This document shows positions 1 through 8,595 of a stretch of 32,000 nt of DNA, piece by piece (the first letter of the stretch is position 1; each line of letters opens with the position of its first letter). Made by a program: the position numbers and the translations under genes. The DNA lies in assembly GCA_025839675.1 (NCBI GenBank), contig CP104013.1, positions 3,780,001-3,812,000 on the forward strand, given 5' to 3'. The DNA comes from Candidatus Lokiarchaeum ossiferum (GTDB lineage: Archaea; Asgardarchaeota; Lokiarchaeia; Sigyniarchaeales; Promethearchaeaceae). The notes under the pieces are model-generated. The model was not told where the DNA came from. It was given only the letters and a program-made list of their open reading frames with translations, and did not search any database.

Positions 1-2323
1 ACAGAATATCGCAATAAAAACACAAATTGGTATTCCACGGGCTCTTTTGACCCATGCGCTTTATCCTCTTTTCTCTTCCTATTTTACCAATCTTGGTTTT
101 GAAGTTGTCCTCTCAGATATAGAACCTGATGTAGAACTTTTGCCAAATGCTCCATTTTGTTATCCTATTCAAATCATGCATGGGGCAGTGGCAAATTTAG
201 TGAAGCGCGGTATACAGTTGCTCTTTATTCCTTATATTCATAAGTTAAAACGAAGTCAAAAATGGGTAGATTCCACTTTTTGTCCGATTACCTTATCTGC
301 TCCGTATTTAACTTTACCCATATTTGATCAATCCACATTTTTAACGCCTGAATTGGACTATTCCGATGGTTATTTGGAAAATGAAGCCCTCATCGAGCTT
401 GCTCATGACCAATTCAACATCCCTATTGAACAATGTCACAAGGCGTATAAAAAAGCTGCATTGTATCAAAATTCCTTAGAAGCCCAAATTAAAGAAAAAG
501 GGCGGGAGATATTGGATAGAATCACCAACTCGGATGAAATTGGGATTATCGTTGTTGGTCGCAGTTATAATGTCTATCCTGCCGAGACATCACAATCTAT
601 TCCAAAGAAGTTGGTGAGTATGGGAGTAAACGTGCTTCCTTTTGATTTTCTTGAACCAGTTTCCAAAACCGATATTTCATGGTATTTCGCGAATTACGTG
701 AAAGAAGCAGTCAATCTGGTACAACAGCACGATAATTTATTTTTACTCTACATTAATAATTATAGCTGCACGGTAGATGCATTCATTCAGAATCATGTAC
801 GTAGTGAAATGGCTTCAAAACCGTATCTTTTATTGGAATTGGATGCTCATGTTGCTGATGCGGGAACCCAAACTCGATTGGAAGCCTTTTTAGAGATTAT
901 AAAAAACTATCAACTCTCACGAGCGCCAAAACCAATTAATGATTATCAATTATCCAAGGTATTTGAAGAAAATGGAAAACCAGTTGTAATCACATCCGAT
1001 GGGGAACGAATGGACTTCACCGACGAGCGCATAAAAGTCTATATGCCTTGTTTTTCAGAAATTCATACAGCCTTAATTGAGAAATTTTTGGTAAATGCCG
1101 GAATCAATATGGGACATATTGGTGATATCCAACTAGAATATCCTATTGAAGGATTAAAACATTGTTCTGGAAAAGAATGTGTTCCTTTGCCAATCGTTTT
1201 GGGACAAATTTTACATATTGTAAAAAATCGAAAACCCGGTGAAATTTCTGGCTATATGATTTTAACAGGAGGAGAACCTTGTGTCGTATGTCAATACAAA
1301 CAATTTATGACCGAATTTTTGATTAAAAATAAAATTAAAGATGTCTTCTTCTTTGGAATTAACAAGGAATACCATTACATTGGGTTCATGAATAAGGATT
1401 TCATCCAATATGCTCCAAAAATGATGGCTCTTGGGGATCTTATACATGAGGTTTCCAGTACTCTCCAAGTTGTAGGAGAAGATGGAGCGATGGATTTGTT
1501 CCAAAAATATTTAGATGAATTTCTAGCTGATTTTACAGAAATGCAAAAATCAAATCGGGAAATTGATAAATTTGTTCAAAAGATTAAAACCATTCCCACA
1601 AAAATGTCTCCCCAAGATTGTCCTAAAGTGTTACTCGATGGGGACTTCTTTGTTCGATACAGTCCTTTCTTTTTGAAGGAAATGAAAGCTTTGTATGCCC
1701 AACACGGAATTATTGTTAAATCGAATGATCTCTTTGAAATTTTCGTAGCGGCCATTCCATTTGGTAGCGTTATTGCGGGACCCAAATATCGAGATAGATA
1801 TGTAAAGAAAATGCGTGATAACGTCCAAGGAAACCGTAATCTTTGGGATCCTCTAACTCCTGGATTTTATGCGAGTCAATTACTCTATAAGTTAATGACT
1901 AGCATTGAAAAAAGACTACGGAAGAAATTTGAACGTACCGGACTCATTGTGTCAAAACCATCTAATGTATTACATGCTTTAAATAAATGTGATAATGGAT
2001 ACAATTCACTCATCTTTGGAGAAGCGACATTGTCTGTTGGACGTGGGATGGAAGTGTTGGAAGATCGTAGTTTTGACGGATTAGTACTAACCGGTCCTCA
2101 ATATTGTCTTCCTTATAAAATTGCTCAAGGTATTTTGAAACCTCGATATTTGGAACAGCAGCATCCGCTCATGGTATTTGATGCGGAAATTTCAGCTATG
2201 TCCCCAAACATGAAACGGTTAATTATTGCTAATATCGAACAAATTAAGCGTCAATTTGCAAAATCCCACCGAAATTTAGTTGGGGAAAGTCCAAGATTGA
2301 AAGACAAGAAAGCTATCAAATAA
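1..2323 (+). CDS. CoA-enzyme-activase-associated / 2-hydroxyacyl-CoA dehydratase-related protein (DUF2229-like plus HgdB/BcrC-like halves), 5'-truncated by the window edge
   Basis: The frame is open from base 2 (QNIAIKTQIGIPRALLTHALYPLF...). The TTG 'start' at 47 in the ORF track therefore falls just after the IGIPRAL motif that typically opens this domain, and codons 2-46 contain no start codon. Other family-like strings are IIVVGRSYN and a second, repeated half (KVLLDGDFFVRYSPFF). Stop TAA at 2321-2323. Confidence 0.7.
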   Translation, partial: QNIAIKTQIGIPRALLTHALYPLFSSYFTNLGFEVVLSDIEPDVELLPNAPFCYPIQIMHGAVANLVKRGIQLLFIPYIHKLKRSQKWVDSTFCPITLSAPYLTLPIFDQSTFLTPELDYSDGYLENEALIELAHDQFNIPIEQCHKAYKKAALYQNSLEAQIKEKGREILDRITNSDEIGIIVVGRSYNVYPAETSQSIPKKLVSMGVNVLPFDFLEPVSKTDISWYFANYVKEAVNLVQQHDNLFLLYINNYSCTVDAFIQNHVRSEMASKPYLLLELDAHVADAGTQTRLEAFLEIIKNYQLSRAPKPINDYQLSKVFEENGKPVVITSDGERMDFTDERIKVYMPCFSEIHTALIEKFLVNAGINMGHIGDIQLEYPIEGLKHCSGKECVPLPIVLGQILHIVKNRKPGEISGYMILTGGEPCVVCQYKQFMTEFLIKNKIKDVFFFGINKEYHYIGFMNKDFIQYAPKMMALGDLIHEVSSTLQVVGEDGAMDLFQKYLDEFLADFTEMQKSNREIDKFVQKIKTIPTKMSPQDCPKVLLDGDFFVRYSPFFLKEMKALYAQHGIIVKSNDLFEIFVAAIPFGSVIAGPKYRDRYVKKMRDNVQGNRNLWDPLTPGFYASQLLYKLMTSIEKRLRKKFERTGLIVSKPSNVLHALNKCDNGYNSLIFGEATLSVGRGMEVLEDRSFDGLVLTGPQYCLPYKIAQGILKPRYLEQQHPLMVFDAEISAMSPNMKRLIIANIEQIKRQFAKSHRNLVGESPRLKDKKAIK

Positions 2324-2344
2324 ATCTATATACTAAGATGTAGT

Positions 2345-2370
2345 TGAACTTTCTCAAGTTCATTTTTTTT
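2345..2370 (+). terminator. Hairpin plus T8 terminator downstream of the first gene
   Basis: TGAACTT (2345-2351) pairs with AAGTTCA (2356-2362) around a 4-nt loop. T8 (2363-2370) follows directly, 22 nt after the stop codon. Confidence 0.5.
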
Positions 2371-2419
2371 AGTACTTTATTGTAATACTTAGGTCAATAA
2401 TGTTATAAATTTCAAAAGA

Positions 2420-3394
2420 ATGACATTTATGGTTAAGGAAGTGATGTTAACGTTCAAGCTAGGATATCCAAGAAAACAACTATTTAATATTATTTTATGT
2501 GTATTTTTTGCAATTTTTACCGTTGGGTTCTATTCAGATTTAAATCAAGTTAATGGAATCGTCGAAAAATCGACTACATCTCCAATTTTACACTCTAAAA
2601 TTCACATCATTGGAAATGAAGGATGGTCAGAATTCAAAAGTGCTGGTAATTGTACTGGATCTGGAACTGAAGCGGACCCTTATTTGTTAGCTGACTGTAC
2701 AATAGATGGCGGGAATAATGGAACAATTATTTTACTTGAAAATTCAACAGTTTTCTTTAAAATAGAGAATATTACTTTTCAAAATGGAGGAAGTTCCTAT
2801 CGAGATGCAGGAATTCAAATGTTCCATGTGAATAATGCAATTATTAAAAATAATCGGTTTTTTAATTTCAGTTTTGGAATTTATGCACAATACAGTAATG
2901 ATACCTTAATCGTAGGGAACGAGTTTCTTGGAGAGCATGGAATTTCTTTAGAATATTGTTTTGAAACAATGATTTATTTCAACACATTCAACACTAATCG
3001 TTTTTTTATCTTTTCTTTAAAGCACCATTCCCTCACACATCAGATGTCTAAGGAAGAGTTTGATTATTCCTATGGGGGACAAAATTTTACCAGTCGTCTG
3101 GGAAATTATTACTCAAGTGAACCAAATACGGATCGAGACAATGATGGGATTGGAGAATCTTCAATGGTGTATAAAGATGAACATGATGGCTATATTGAGT
3201 ATGCTGACGATTTTTGTTTGGTAAAACCAATCAGTTACTACACTTTATATGGACCTGCAGCGAAATCTATTCCCGGGTTTTCTGTGTTTCAAATCCTTGA
3301 ATTATTGGCATTAACGACGATTCTTAGTGTGAATTCTAAAACAAAATTTGCAGTAAAAACTAGGATAGATCGAATCGAGCAAAAAGAGATGTAA
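2420..3394 (+). CDS. Surface-anchored right-handed parallel beta-helix (PbH1/NosD-like) protein with a PGF-CTERM-like tail
   Basis: N-terminal hydrophobic anchor (LFNIILCVFFAIFTVGFY). Repetitive beta-helix rungs (IENITFQNGG, AIIKNNRFFNFSFGIYAQ, LIVGNEFLGEHGISLE). Seven N-x-S/T sequons (NCT, NGT, NST, NIT, NFS, NDT, NFT). A DxDxDG-type motif (DRDNDGIGE). C-terminal PGF (3272-3280) followed by a hydrophobic stretch and a basic tail. Confidence 0.6.
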   Translation: MTFMVKEVMLTFKLGYPRKQLFNIILCVFFAIFTVGFYSDLNQVNGIVEKSTTSPILHSKIHIIGNEGWSEFKSAGNCTGSGTEADPYLLADCTIDGGNNGTIILLENSTVFFKIENITFQNGGSSYRDAGIQMFHVNNAIIKNNRFFNFSFGIYAQYSNDTLIVGNEFLGEHGISLEYCFETMIYFNTFNTNRFFIFSLKHHSLTHQMSKEEFDYSYGGQNFTSRLGNYYSSEPNTDRDNDGIGESSMVYKDEHDGYIEYADDFCLVKPISYYTLYGPAAKSIPGFSVFQILELLALTTILSVNSKTKFAVKTRIDRIEQKEM

Positions 3395-3417
3395 TTCTGC
3401 CAAAATTACTTTATTCC

Positions 3418-3426
3418 TTTTTTTTT
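3418..3426 (+). terminator. Oligo-T (T9) archaeal-type terminator after the beta-helix gene
   Basis: Nine consecutive T starting 24 nt after the stop at 3392-3394. Confidence 0.4.
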
Positions 3427-3554
3427 CTTTGCATTTTACTTGGTTTAATCGATTTGGCAAATTCATTACTTTATTGATATGCGGTTATCTAAAAGAAAAA
3501 TTCTTCTTCTTCTCCAAAACTATTAATTTCAATAAATCTTGTTATTTAATTAAA

Positions 3555-4208
3555 ATGTCCAATGAAATCAGCCAGTTAAAAGTATCTCTTGCTTCCATAT
3601 GTAAGAAAATCTATCTCGAAAGTTTGGTAAAACATGGAGAAGGGAATGTAAGTTTACGAGTGAAGGATACCAATGAATTAATTATTACTCCAACTGGAAA
3701 TAATTATAGTAAACCTGAGCCTGAAAATATGGTTCACATGAAATTTGATGGAGAAAAGATCGATGTAGGATTAAAACCTTCTAGTGAATTTTTAATGCAC
3801 AGCATTATTTATCAAAATCGACCTAAAGTGAAATGCATCCTTCATACGCATTCCCCGTTCGCAGCTTCATTGGCTGTATCTCATAAAGATTTACCTGTCA
3901 TCATTGAAGAAATGGCTCTATTCTTAGGGGGTGGGGTTCCATGTACAGAATTTGCTAGTGCAGGGACTGATAAAGTTCCTATCGAATCTCTTAACGCCAT
4001 GAAAGATCAAAATGCTGTGCTAATTTCCAATCACGGTGTTTTAGTGGTTGGAAGTACTTCAGATTATTGTATTAAGACTGCTGTAATTATTGAAAAAATG
4101 GCGAAGATTTACATTAATGCATGCCTAATTGGAGAGCCACATGTGATTCCCGATGAAAAAATATTCCATTTGAAGGAGATCTTTCGGAAACGCTATTCTA
4201 CAGTTTAA
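3555..4208 (+). CDS. Class II aldolase/adducin-family protein (fuculose-1-phosphate aldolase / MTRu-1-P dehydratase-like)
   Basis: Family motifs EGNVSLR, HTHSPFA (metal-binding His) and SNHGVLVVG. I start at ATG 3555 (MSNEISQLK...). The ORF-track start at 3429 adds 42 low-complexity residues that read through AT-rich intergenic DNA. Confidence 0.8.
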   Translation: MSNEISQLKVSLASICKKIYLESLVKHGEGNVSLRVKDTNELIITPTGNNYSKPEPENMVHMKFDGEKIDVGLKPSSEFLMHSIIYQNRPKVKCILHTHSPFAASLAVSHKDLPVIIEEMALFLGGGVPCTEFASAGTDKVPIESLNAMKDQNAVLISNHGVLVVGSTSDYCIKTAVIIEKMAKIYINACLIGEPHVIPDEKIFHLKEIFRKRYSTV

Positions 4209-5038
4209 AGATTAGTTATTTCTTTTCGATAAGTTACAAATGGTTGTTTGGTTCGGCTTGATTTAGTCTCGATTGCTAAAGTTGGGCAGAGATTGATGCA
4301 CCCCTGACATCCTTGGCAGAGTTTTTCATTAAATTCGGGATATTTGTCTGAATTCAAAGTTATTGCTCCAGAAGGGCAGATTTTATTTGCACATAGGCCA
4401 CATTTTGTGCATTTGTCTTGAATCAGTTTTTTTTTTCCAACTAACATTTGCATTTGCCAGCGATGGCTTGAAACTGTTCCTAAAACAGACCATTTAAAGT
4501 ATTTTTGGGGAGGTATTGATGCAAATTTCGGCCATTCTTCTGTTTCAGTGGATGTTAATTGTGAACACATTTTAGTTGCGAATGCTTTTGCCTTTTCAAT
4601 GTCTGCTGGATTCACAAGATTTTTGGTGTCTTCAGGTTCAGAAAGGTTTGCCCGCCAAGATCGAATGTTATTTGCGCCCATTCCGACCGTATCACCCAAA
4701 TAAATCCCGTTATTATGTTTTAAAGATTTATAAATGCTCCATTGCGCATTTCCAGGAGTACCTCCGCAAGTTTGGAATATGAAGTAGGGTTTATTGTTAA
4801 GCTTTATGTTTTTTAAGAAATTTGTGAAAACTCTAGGAGACCGCCAAACCCAAACGGCTGCTCCAAATCCGATCAGATCATATTCGTCAAAATCCGTATG
4901 GTTTTGACTTCTGTATCGAATGAGTGTGACTGTATGTCCATTATTTTGCATCGATTCAGCTATTTTTTGGGCAAAATAAGCTGTAGCCCCTGTTCCTGAA
5001 TAGTAAAACAATCCAATTTTTAAAGTTGATTTTAACAT
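4205..5038 (-). CDS. Flavodoxin-like domain fused to a 2x[4Fe-4S] ferredoxin domain (EFR1-type ferredoxin)
   Basis: N-terminus KIGLFYYSGTGATAYFAQKIAE (flavodoxin phosphate-binding-loop style). C-terminus CTKCGLCANKICP and CQGCQGCINLCP. Its stop overlaps the aldolase stop within the palindrome TTTAAA (4204-4209). Confidence 0.75.
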   Translation of the reverse strand: MLKSTLKIGLFYYSGTGATAYFAQKIAESMQNNGHTVTLIRYRSQNHTDFDEYDLIGFGAAVWVWRSPRVFTNFLKNIKLNNKPYFIFQTCGGTPGNAQWSIYKSLKHNNGIYLGDTVGMGANNIRSWRANLSEPEDTKNLVNPADIEKAKAFATKMCSQLTSTETEEWPKFASIPPQKYFKWSVLGTVSSHRWQMQMLVGKKKLIQDKCTKCGLCANKICPSGAITLNSDKYPEFNEKLCQGCQGCINLCPTLAIETKSSRTKQPFVTYRKEITNL

Positions 5039-5139
5039 AAATAAAACAAATAAAGCGTGAATAAAAAAAAAATTTCTTCATTTTCAAAAAAAAATATCCA
5101 ATTACAAAAATTTTTTTGTTCCAATGAAATAACTACAAT

Positions 5140-6081
5140 GTGCCAGGTAAACGAAGGAAATCAAATTATGGAATTTGCAATTCATGTGAGCATTTTCAAC
5201 TTGAAGATCTGGAAAAATGTGCGCAAGGGATTGACAACGCGAAATTTAATGCTCAAACGAAGACCTGTGATATGTATCTTATTAAGCCGGAGTTTGTAGA
5301 ACGTCATGTGTCCCTTGAAATTCCATTGAATACATCCATGGAATCCCTAACCCCTGAATTTTTCTCTAATAAAATTATTTTTCATGGTATATCAAATTCC
5401 AATGATGTTCCTGAAAATCAGATATGGTTATCCGAATATCAAGCCGAAATTGCCCAAACTTATCAGCTCATTGCAAAAACGCTCCTTTTAAATAAATTTC
5501 CTCCCTCACTTATCAACAAATCGATTGCTTCTTTAGATATCGAAACTACAAGTTGGATGCCGTCGGCTCAAAAGGGCTACATTAACCATGTGAGTCAATC
5601 ATATTTGCAATATAAGGCTGATTCATTTCTTATCGCCACTTATCAAATTATTAATATGAATCGGAAACCCGAAAATGTGGGATCTATGTTATTAAAAACA
5701 TGGAAATTTCTTGAAAATGGTCAATTTCCACAGAAAATTGAAAATTCTGAAGACATCCCCAAAGATAATTCATTAGACATTCAATTGGTTTTTAATCAAG
5801 GCTTCGATATTCGGATTCTCAATAACTGTTTCACGAAATTTAAGCTTAATTTGCATTTTCCAGAAAAAATCGTTGATTTAATGAAAGTTCATCGAAATTT
5901 AGCCGCTCTAGAAGCATGGTTGGGAAATGAAGTGCAGTTTTCACGAACGATTACTGAGAAGGGAAATTATGGCGAGTATTATACTCTTTTTAAAAAAAAG
6001 CAAATTGAACCCATTTCAACATACAATATCATCGATACTTTAACCCCCCTTCTAGCATATATTTTGAGAAATAAAGATTGA
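5140..6081 (+). CDS. RNase H-fold DEDD-type 3'-5' exonuclease-like protein (COG3359/YprB-like) with an N-terminal Cys-rich putative Zn-ribbon
   Basis: Exo I-like SLDIETTSW, Exo II-like FNQGFDIRILN, Exo III-like YNIIDTLTPLL. N-terminal CNSCEH...C...C. The GTG start at 5140 is uncertain (no obvious SD). Stop TGA at 6079-6081. Confidence 0.55.
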   Translation: MPGKRRKSNYGICNSCEHFQLEDLEKCAQGIDNAKFNAQTKTCDMYLIKPEFVERHVSLEIPLNTSMESLTPEFFSNKIIFHGISNSNDVPENQIWLSEYQAEIAQTYQLIAKTLLLNKFPPSLINKSIASLDIETTSWMPSAQKGYINHVSQSYLQYKADSFLIATYQIINMNRKPENVGSMLLKTWKFLENGQFPQKIENSEDIPKDNSLDIQLVFNQGFDIRILNNCFTKFKLNLHFPEKIVDLMKVHRNLAALEAWLGNEVQFSRTITEKGNYGEYYTLFKKKQIEPISTYNIIDTLTPLLAYILRNKD

Positions 6082-6201
6082 TCATTTTAGCTCAGAAATG
6101 GATTTAGGGTGATACTTTTTTTAATTTGATTTGTGAAATTATATATGAACAAGCAAAGATTGAACTTTCCGAAGTGAAATTTTTTATTTAATATCAGTTG
6201 C

Positions 6202-7614
6202 TTGGTTAGAGGTGTAGATTTGGAAAATATCAATTATATTCCTGATTGGGCAAAAAATGCTGTGTTTTATCATATCTACCCATTTGGATTTTTTAACACC
6301 CCAAAATATGGAAAAGATGATCCAATCACAACCCCTCGCCTAGAACTTATTCGGGATTATTATGATCACTTCGTTGAATTAGGAGTGTCTGTCATCCAAT
6401 TTGGGCCAATTTTCGAATCTGTGCGTCACGGCTATGATACAACAGATTATATGAAGATTGATCATCGATTGGGTACGAACGACCTTTTTAAAACCATTGT
6501 AGATGAACTCCATGATCGAAATATTCGGGTGATTGTTGATGGGGTTTTTAATCATGTAGGGAGAGAATTTCCTTCCTTTAAGGATATTCAAGCCCATGGG
6601 GAGACTTCTTGGAGGAAGCATTGGCATTATGTCGATTTTGCAAAAGATAATTCCTATAAAGATGGTTTTGATTATAAAAATTGGGAAGGTCATTATTCGC
6701 TTGTAAAATTAAACTTGGAGCAGCCGGATGTGTGCAATTATTTATTTTCCGTCGCTCAATATTGGTTGGGGGAGATTGGAATAGATGGATGGCGGCTGGA
6801 TGTGGCCTATATGATTCCCAACTTTTTTTGGTATGATTTTCGAGACATTTGTAAGAGAACCAAGCCCGATTGTCTCTTAATTGGTGAGATGATCCATGGG
6901 CCCTATTCCAAGTGGATTGGTCCGAATACTTTGGATGGAGGGACAGGTTACGAAGTCTATAAATCACTTTGGAGTTCCTTCAATCATGCTAACATGCATG
7001 AACTTAAATCAAATCTCGAACGCTCCTTTCATCCTGAATGGGGCTTAAATAAAGATCTTACTCTAGTGAACTTCTTAAGCAATCATGATTCGAGTCGAAT
7101 TTTGTCACAGTTGGATGAGTATTTGCACATTTACCCTGCTGTCTTATTACTATTCACACTTAATGGAATCCCAAAGATCTATTATGGCGATGAAATTGGA
7201 TTACGTGGAATAAAAACAGCAATTTCCGATGAGGCTGTCAGGCAACCAATGCCCAAGGTTCCCTTCAATATAACAGAGGAAAATCGTGCTCTTCTAAATC
7301 ATTATAAATTTTGTATTCAAATTCGAGGGGATCATCATGCGTTGAAATATGGAAATTTGATTCCTCTGTACGCAAATGAACACATTCTTGCATTTCTCCG
7401 AAAATCTTCGCGTGAAACTCTTTTAATAATCATCTCCAGTGCTTTTGAAACTATATCGTGTAAAATTCCCTTACATAACCTTGGAATGGAAGGATATCGA
7501 TTTGTGGAACAATTAGAACAAGGAGGGTCACAAGAATATTTGGTAGTGAATAATCAATTAAGTCTCCCGGAAATATATTCATGCTGGGGTCGAATTTTGC
7601 AGTTACGACAGTAA
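6202..7614 (+). CDS. GH13 alpha-amylase-family glycoside hydrolase (neopullulanase/cyclomaltodextrinase-like), cytoplasmic
   Basis: The four GH13 regions are present: DGVFNHVG, GIDGWRLDVA, LIGEMIH, FLSNHDS. No signal peptide. There is no in-frame ATG near the 5' end. Candidate starts are TTG 6202 or TTG 6220; the latter sits 5 nt after a GAGGTG SD-like box at 6209-6214. Confidence 0.85.
   Translation: MVRGVDLENINYIPDWAKNAVFYHIYPFGFFNTPKYGKDDPITTPRLELIRDYYDHFVELGVSVIQFGPIFESVRHGYDTTDYMKIDHRLGTNDLFKTIVDELHDRNIRVIVDGVFNHVGREFPSFKDIQAHGETSWRKHWHYVDFAKDNSYKDGFDYKNWEGHYSLVKLNLEQPDVCNYLFSVAQYWLGEIGIDGWRLDVAYMIPNFFWYDFRDICKRTKPDCLLIGEMIHGPYSKWIGPNTLDGGTGYEVYKSLWSSFNHANMHELKSNLERSFHPEWGLNKDLTLVNFLSNHDSSRILSQLDEYLHIYPAVLLLFTLNGIPKIYYGDEIGLRGIKTAISDEAVRQPMPKVPFNITEENRALLNHYKFCIQIRGDHHALKYGNLIPLYANEHILAFLRKSSRETLLIIISSAFETISCKIPLHNLGMEGYRFVEQLEQGGSQEYLVVNNQLSLPEIYSCWGRILQLRQ
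7442..7606 (+). repeat. Direct repeat copy A (the intact 3' end of the GH13 gene)
   Basis: Aligns without gaps to 8418-8582. I counted 21 mismatches in 165 nt by hand, about 87 % identity. Confidence 0.85.
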
Positions 7615-7684
7615 TTCCCAAGCGAAGAATGTTTTTAATTCAACTAAAAAAAAGAATATGTGTTGTGAATAATAGGGATTTGAA

Positions 7685-8083
7685 CTAGTTTAATTGAGCT
7701 CCACAGTATGAACAAAATTTGATATTGGGATCCTCAATCATTTCTCCACATCCAGAACAAGTTTTTAGGGTAGATATTGAATGTTCTTGATCAGAAGCAA
7801 TGGTAGCTCCAGAGACCATTGTTTGATTTTGGAGTTGAGTAGTTTGTTTTTGATTATGCAAATAGTTGGCTGTTTGCCGAATCGCACCAGAGAATACCCC
7901 AATTAATGGAAAATAGGCCCACCATACAACCCACCATCCAAATGCTGTCATAATTACAAGCCAAATCGCCGCACCCGTCCAAAATCCTATTATTTTGCTT
8001 ACAGGTGATTCTTTCATTTCCGCCATATGTTCATCGAATAACATATCGCAAGATCTCCTAATAATTTTATCTAATTCAATCAC
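7685..8083 (-). CDS. Small membrane protein with a C-terminal zinc-ribbon (2 TM, Q-rich linker, CxxC...CxxC)
   Basis: Trp-rich hydrophobic segments (IIGFWTGAAIWLVIMTAFGWWVVWWAYFPLIGVF). C-terminus CSGCGEMIEDPNIKFCSYCGAQLN. Confidence 0.6.
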   Translation of the reverse strand: MIELDKIIRRSCDMLFDEHMAEMKESPVSKIIGFWTGAAIWLVIMTAFGWWVVWWAYFPLIGVFSGAIRQTANYLHNQKQTTQLQNQTMVSGATIASDQEHSISTLKTCSGCGEMIEDPNIKFCSYCGAQLN

Positions 8084-8161
8084 GAGGCAGAATGTAGGTT
8101 TGGGTGCATTTTTTGCTCTTTTCTTACTTCTCTTGATCTAACAATAAGTTTATAGGTTTGC

Positions 8162-8362
8162 TTAAGTAGATTTGGATTTAAAATCTGTGTTTTTATTGGC
8201 TGATTTGCAAACTTTGCATACATACTTTTCTCTTTTAAACTTCACTGGATTTACTGAGCCACATTTTGGACAAATTTGACAACTTTTCTTCACTGGTCCA
8301 CCATCAATAAATGATTTAGTTGGATTAAACCAAAATTTTATTTCCCGCCATATGTTTACCAT
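8162..8362 (-). CDS. Small (66 aa) basic zinc-ribbon protein
   Basis: CQICPKCG...CKVCKS with a Lys-rich tail. Same strand as, and upstream of, the 7685-8083 gene. Confidence 0.45.
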   Translation of the reverse strand: MVNIWREIKFWFNPTKSFIDGGPVKKSCQICPKCGSVNPVKFKREKYVCKVCKSANKNTDFKSKST

Positions 8363-8417
8363 TCAATTAGTCACTACAACTAATATCTCAGTTATTAATA
8401 TAAATTTTTTCGACCAA

Positions 8418-8582
8418 CTTTTGAAACTATATCGCATAAGATTCCCTTAAATAACCTTAGAATGGAAGAATATCCATTTGTGGAATAATAAGAACAAGGG
8501 GGGTCACAAGAATATTTTGTTGAGAATAGTCAATTGATTCTCCCGGATTTATATTCATATTGAGGTCGAATTTTGCAGTTAC
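8418..8582 (+). pseudogene. Decayed duplicate of the GH13 gene 3' end (direct repeat copy B)
   Basis: In the frame homologous to the amylase C-terminus it reads TFETISHKIPLNNLRMEEYPFVE**EQGGSQEYFVENSQLILPDLYSY*GRILQL. That is three stops and many replacements relative to copy A (TFETISCKIPLHNLGMEGYRFVEQLEQGGSQEYLVVNNQLSLPEIYSCWGRILQL). Confidence 0.8.
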
Positions 8583-8595
8583 AGTTATATTTTTT

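Noticed and set aside
47-49. TTG at 47 as the start of the first gene
   Set aside because: The frame is open to base 2. The upstream codons encode ...KTQIGIPRAL, a conserved motif of the family, so the gene is truncated by the window edge.
3429-3554. Long N-terminal extension of the aldolase ORF (start 3429)
   Set aside because: The extra 42 residues are Phe/Lys/Ile-rich translation of AT-rich intergenic DNA that includes the upstream T-run terminator. The family N-terminus fits ATG 3555.
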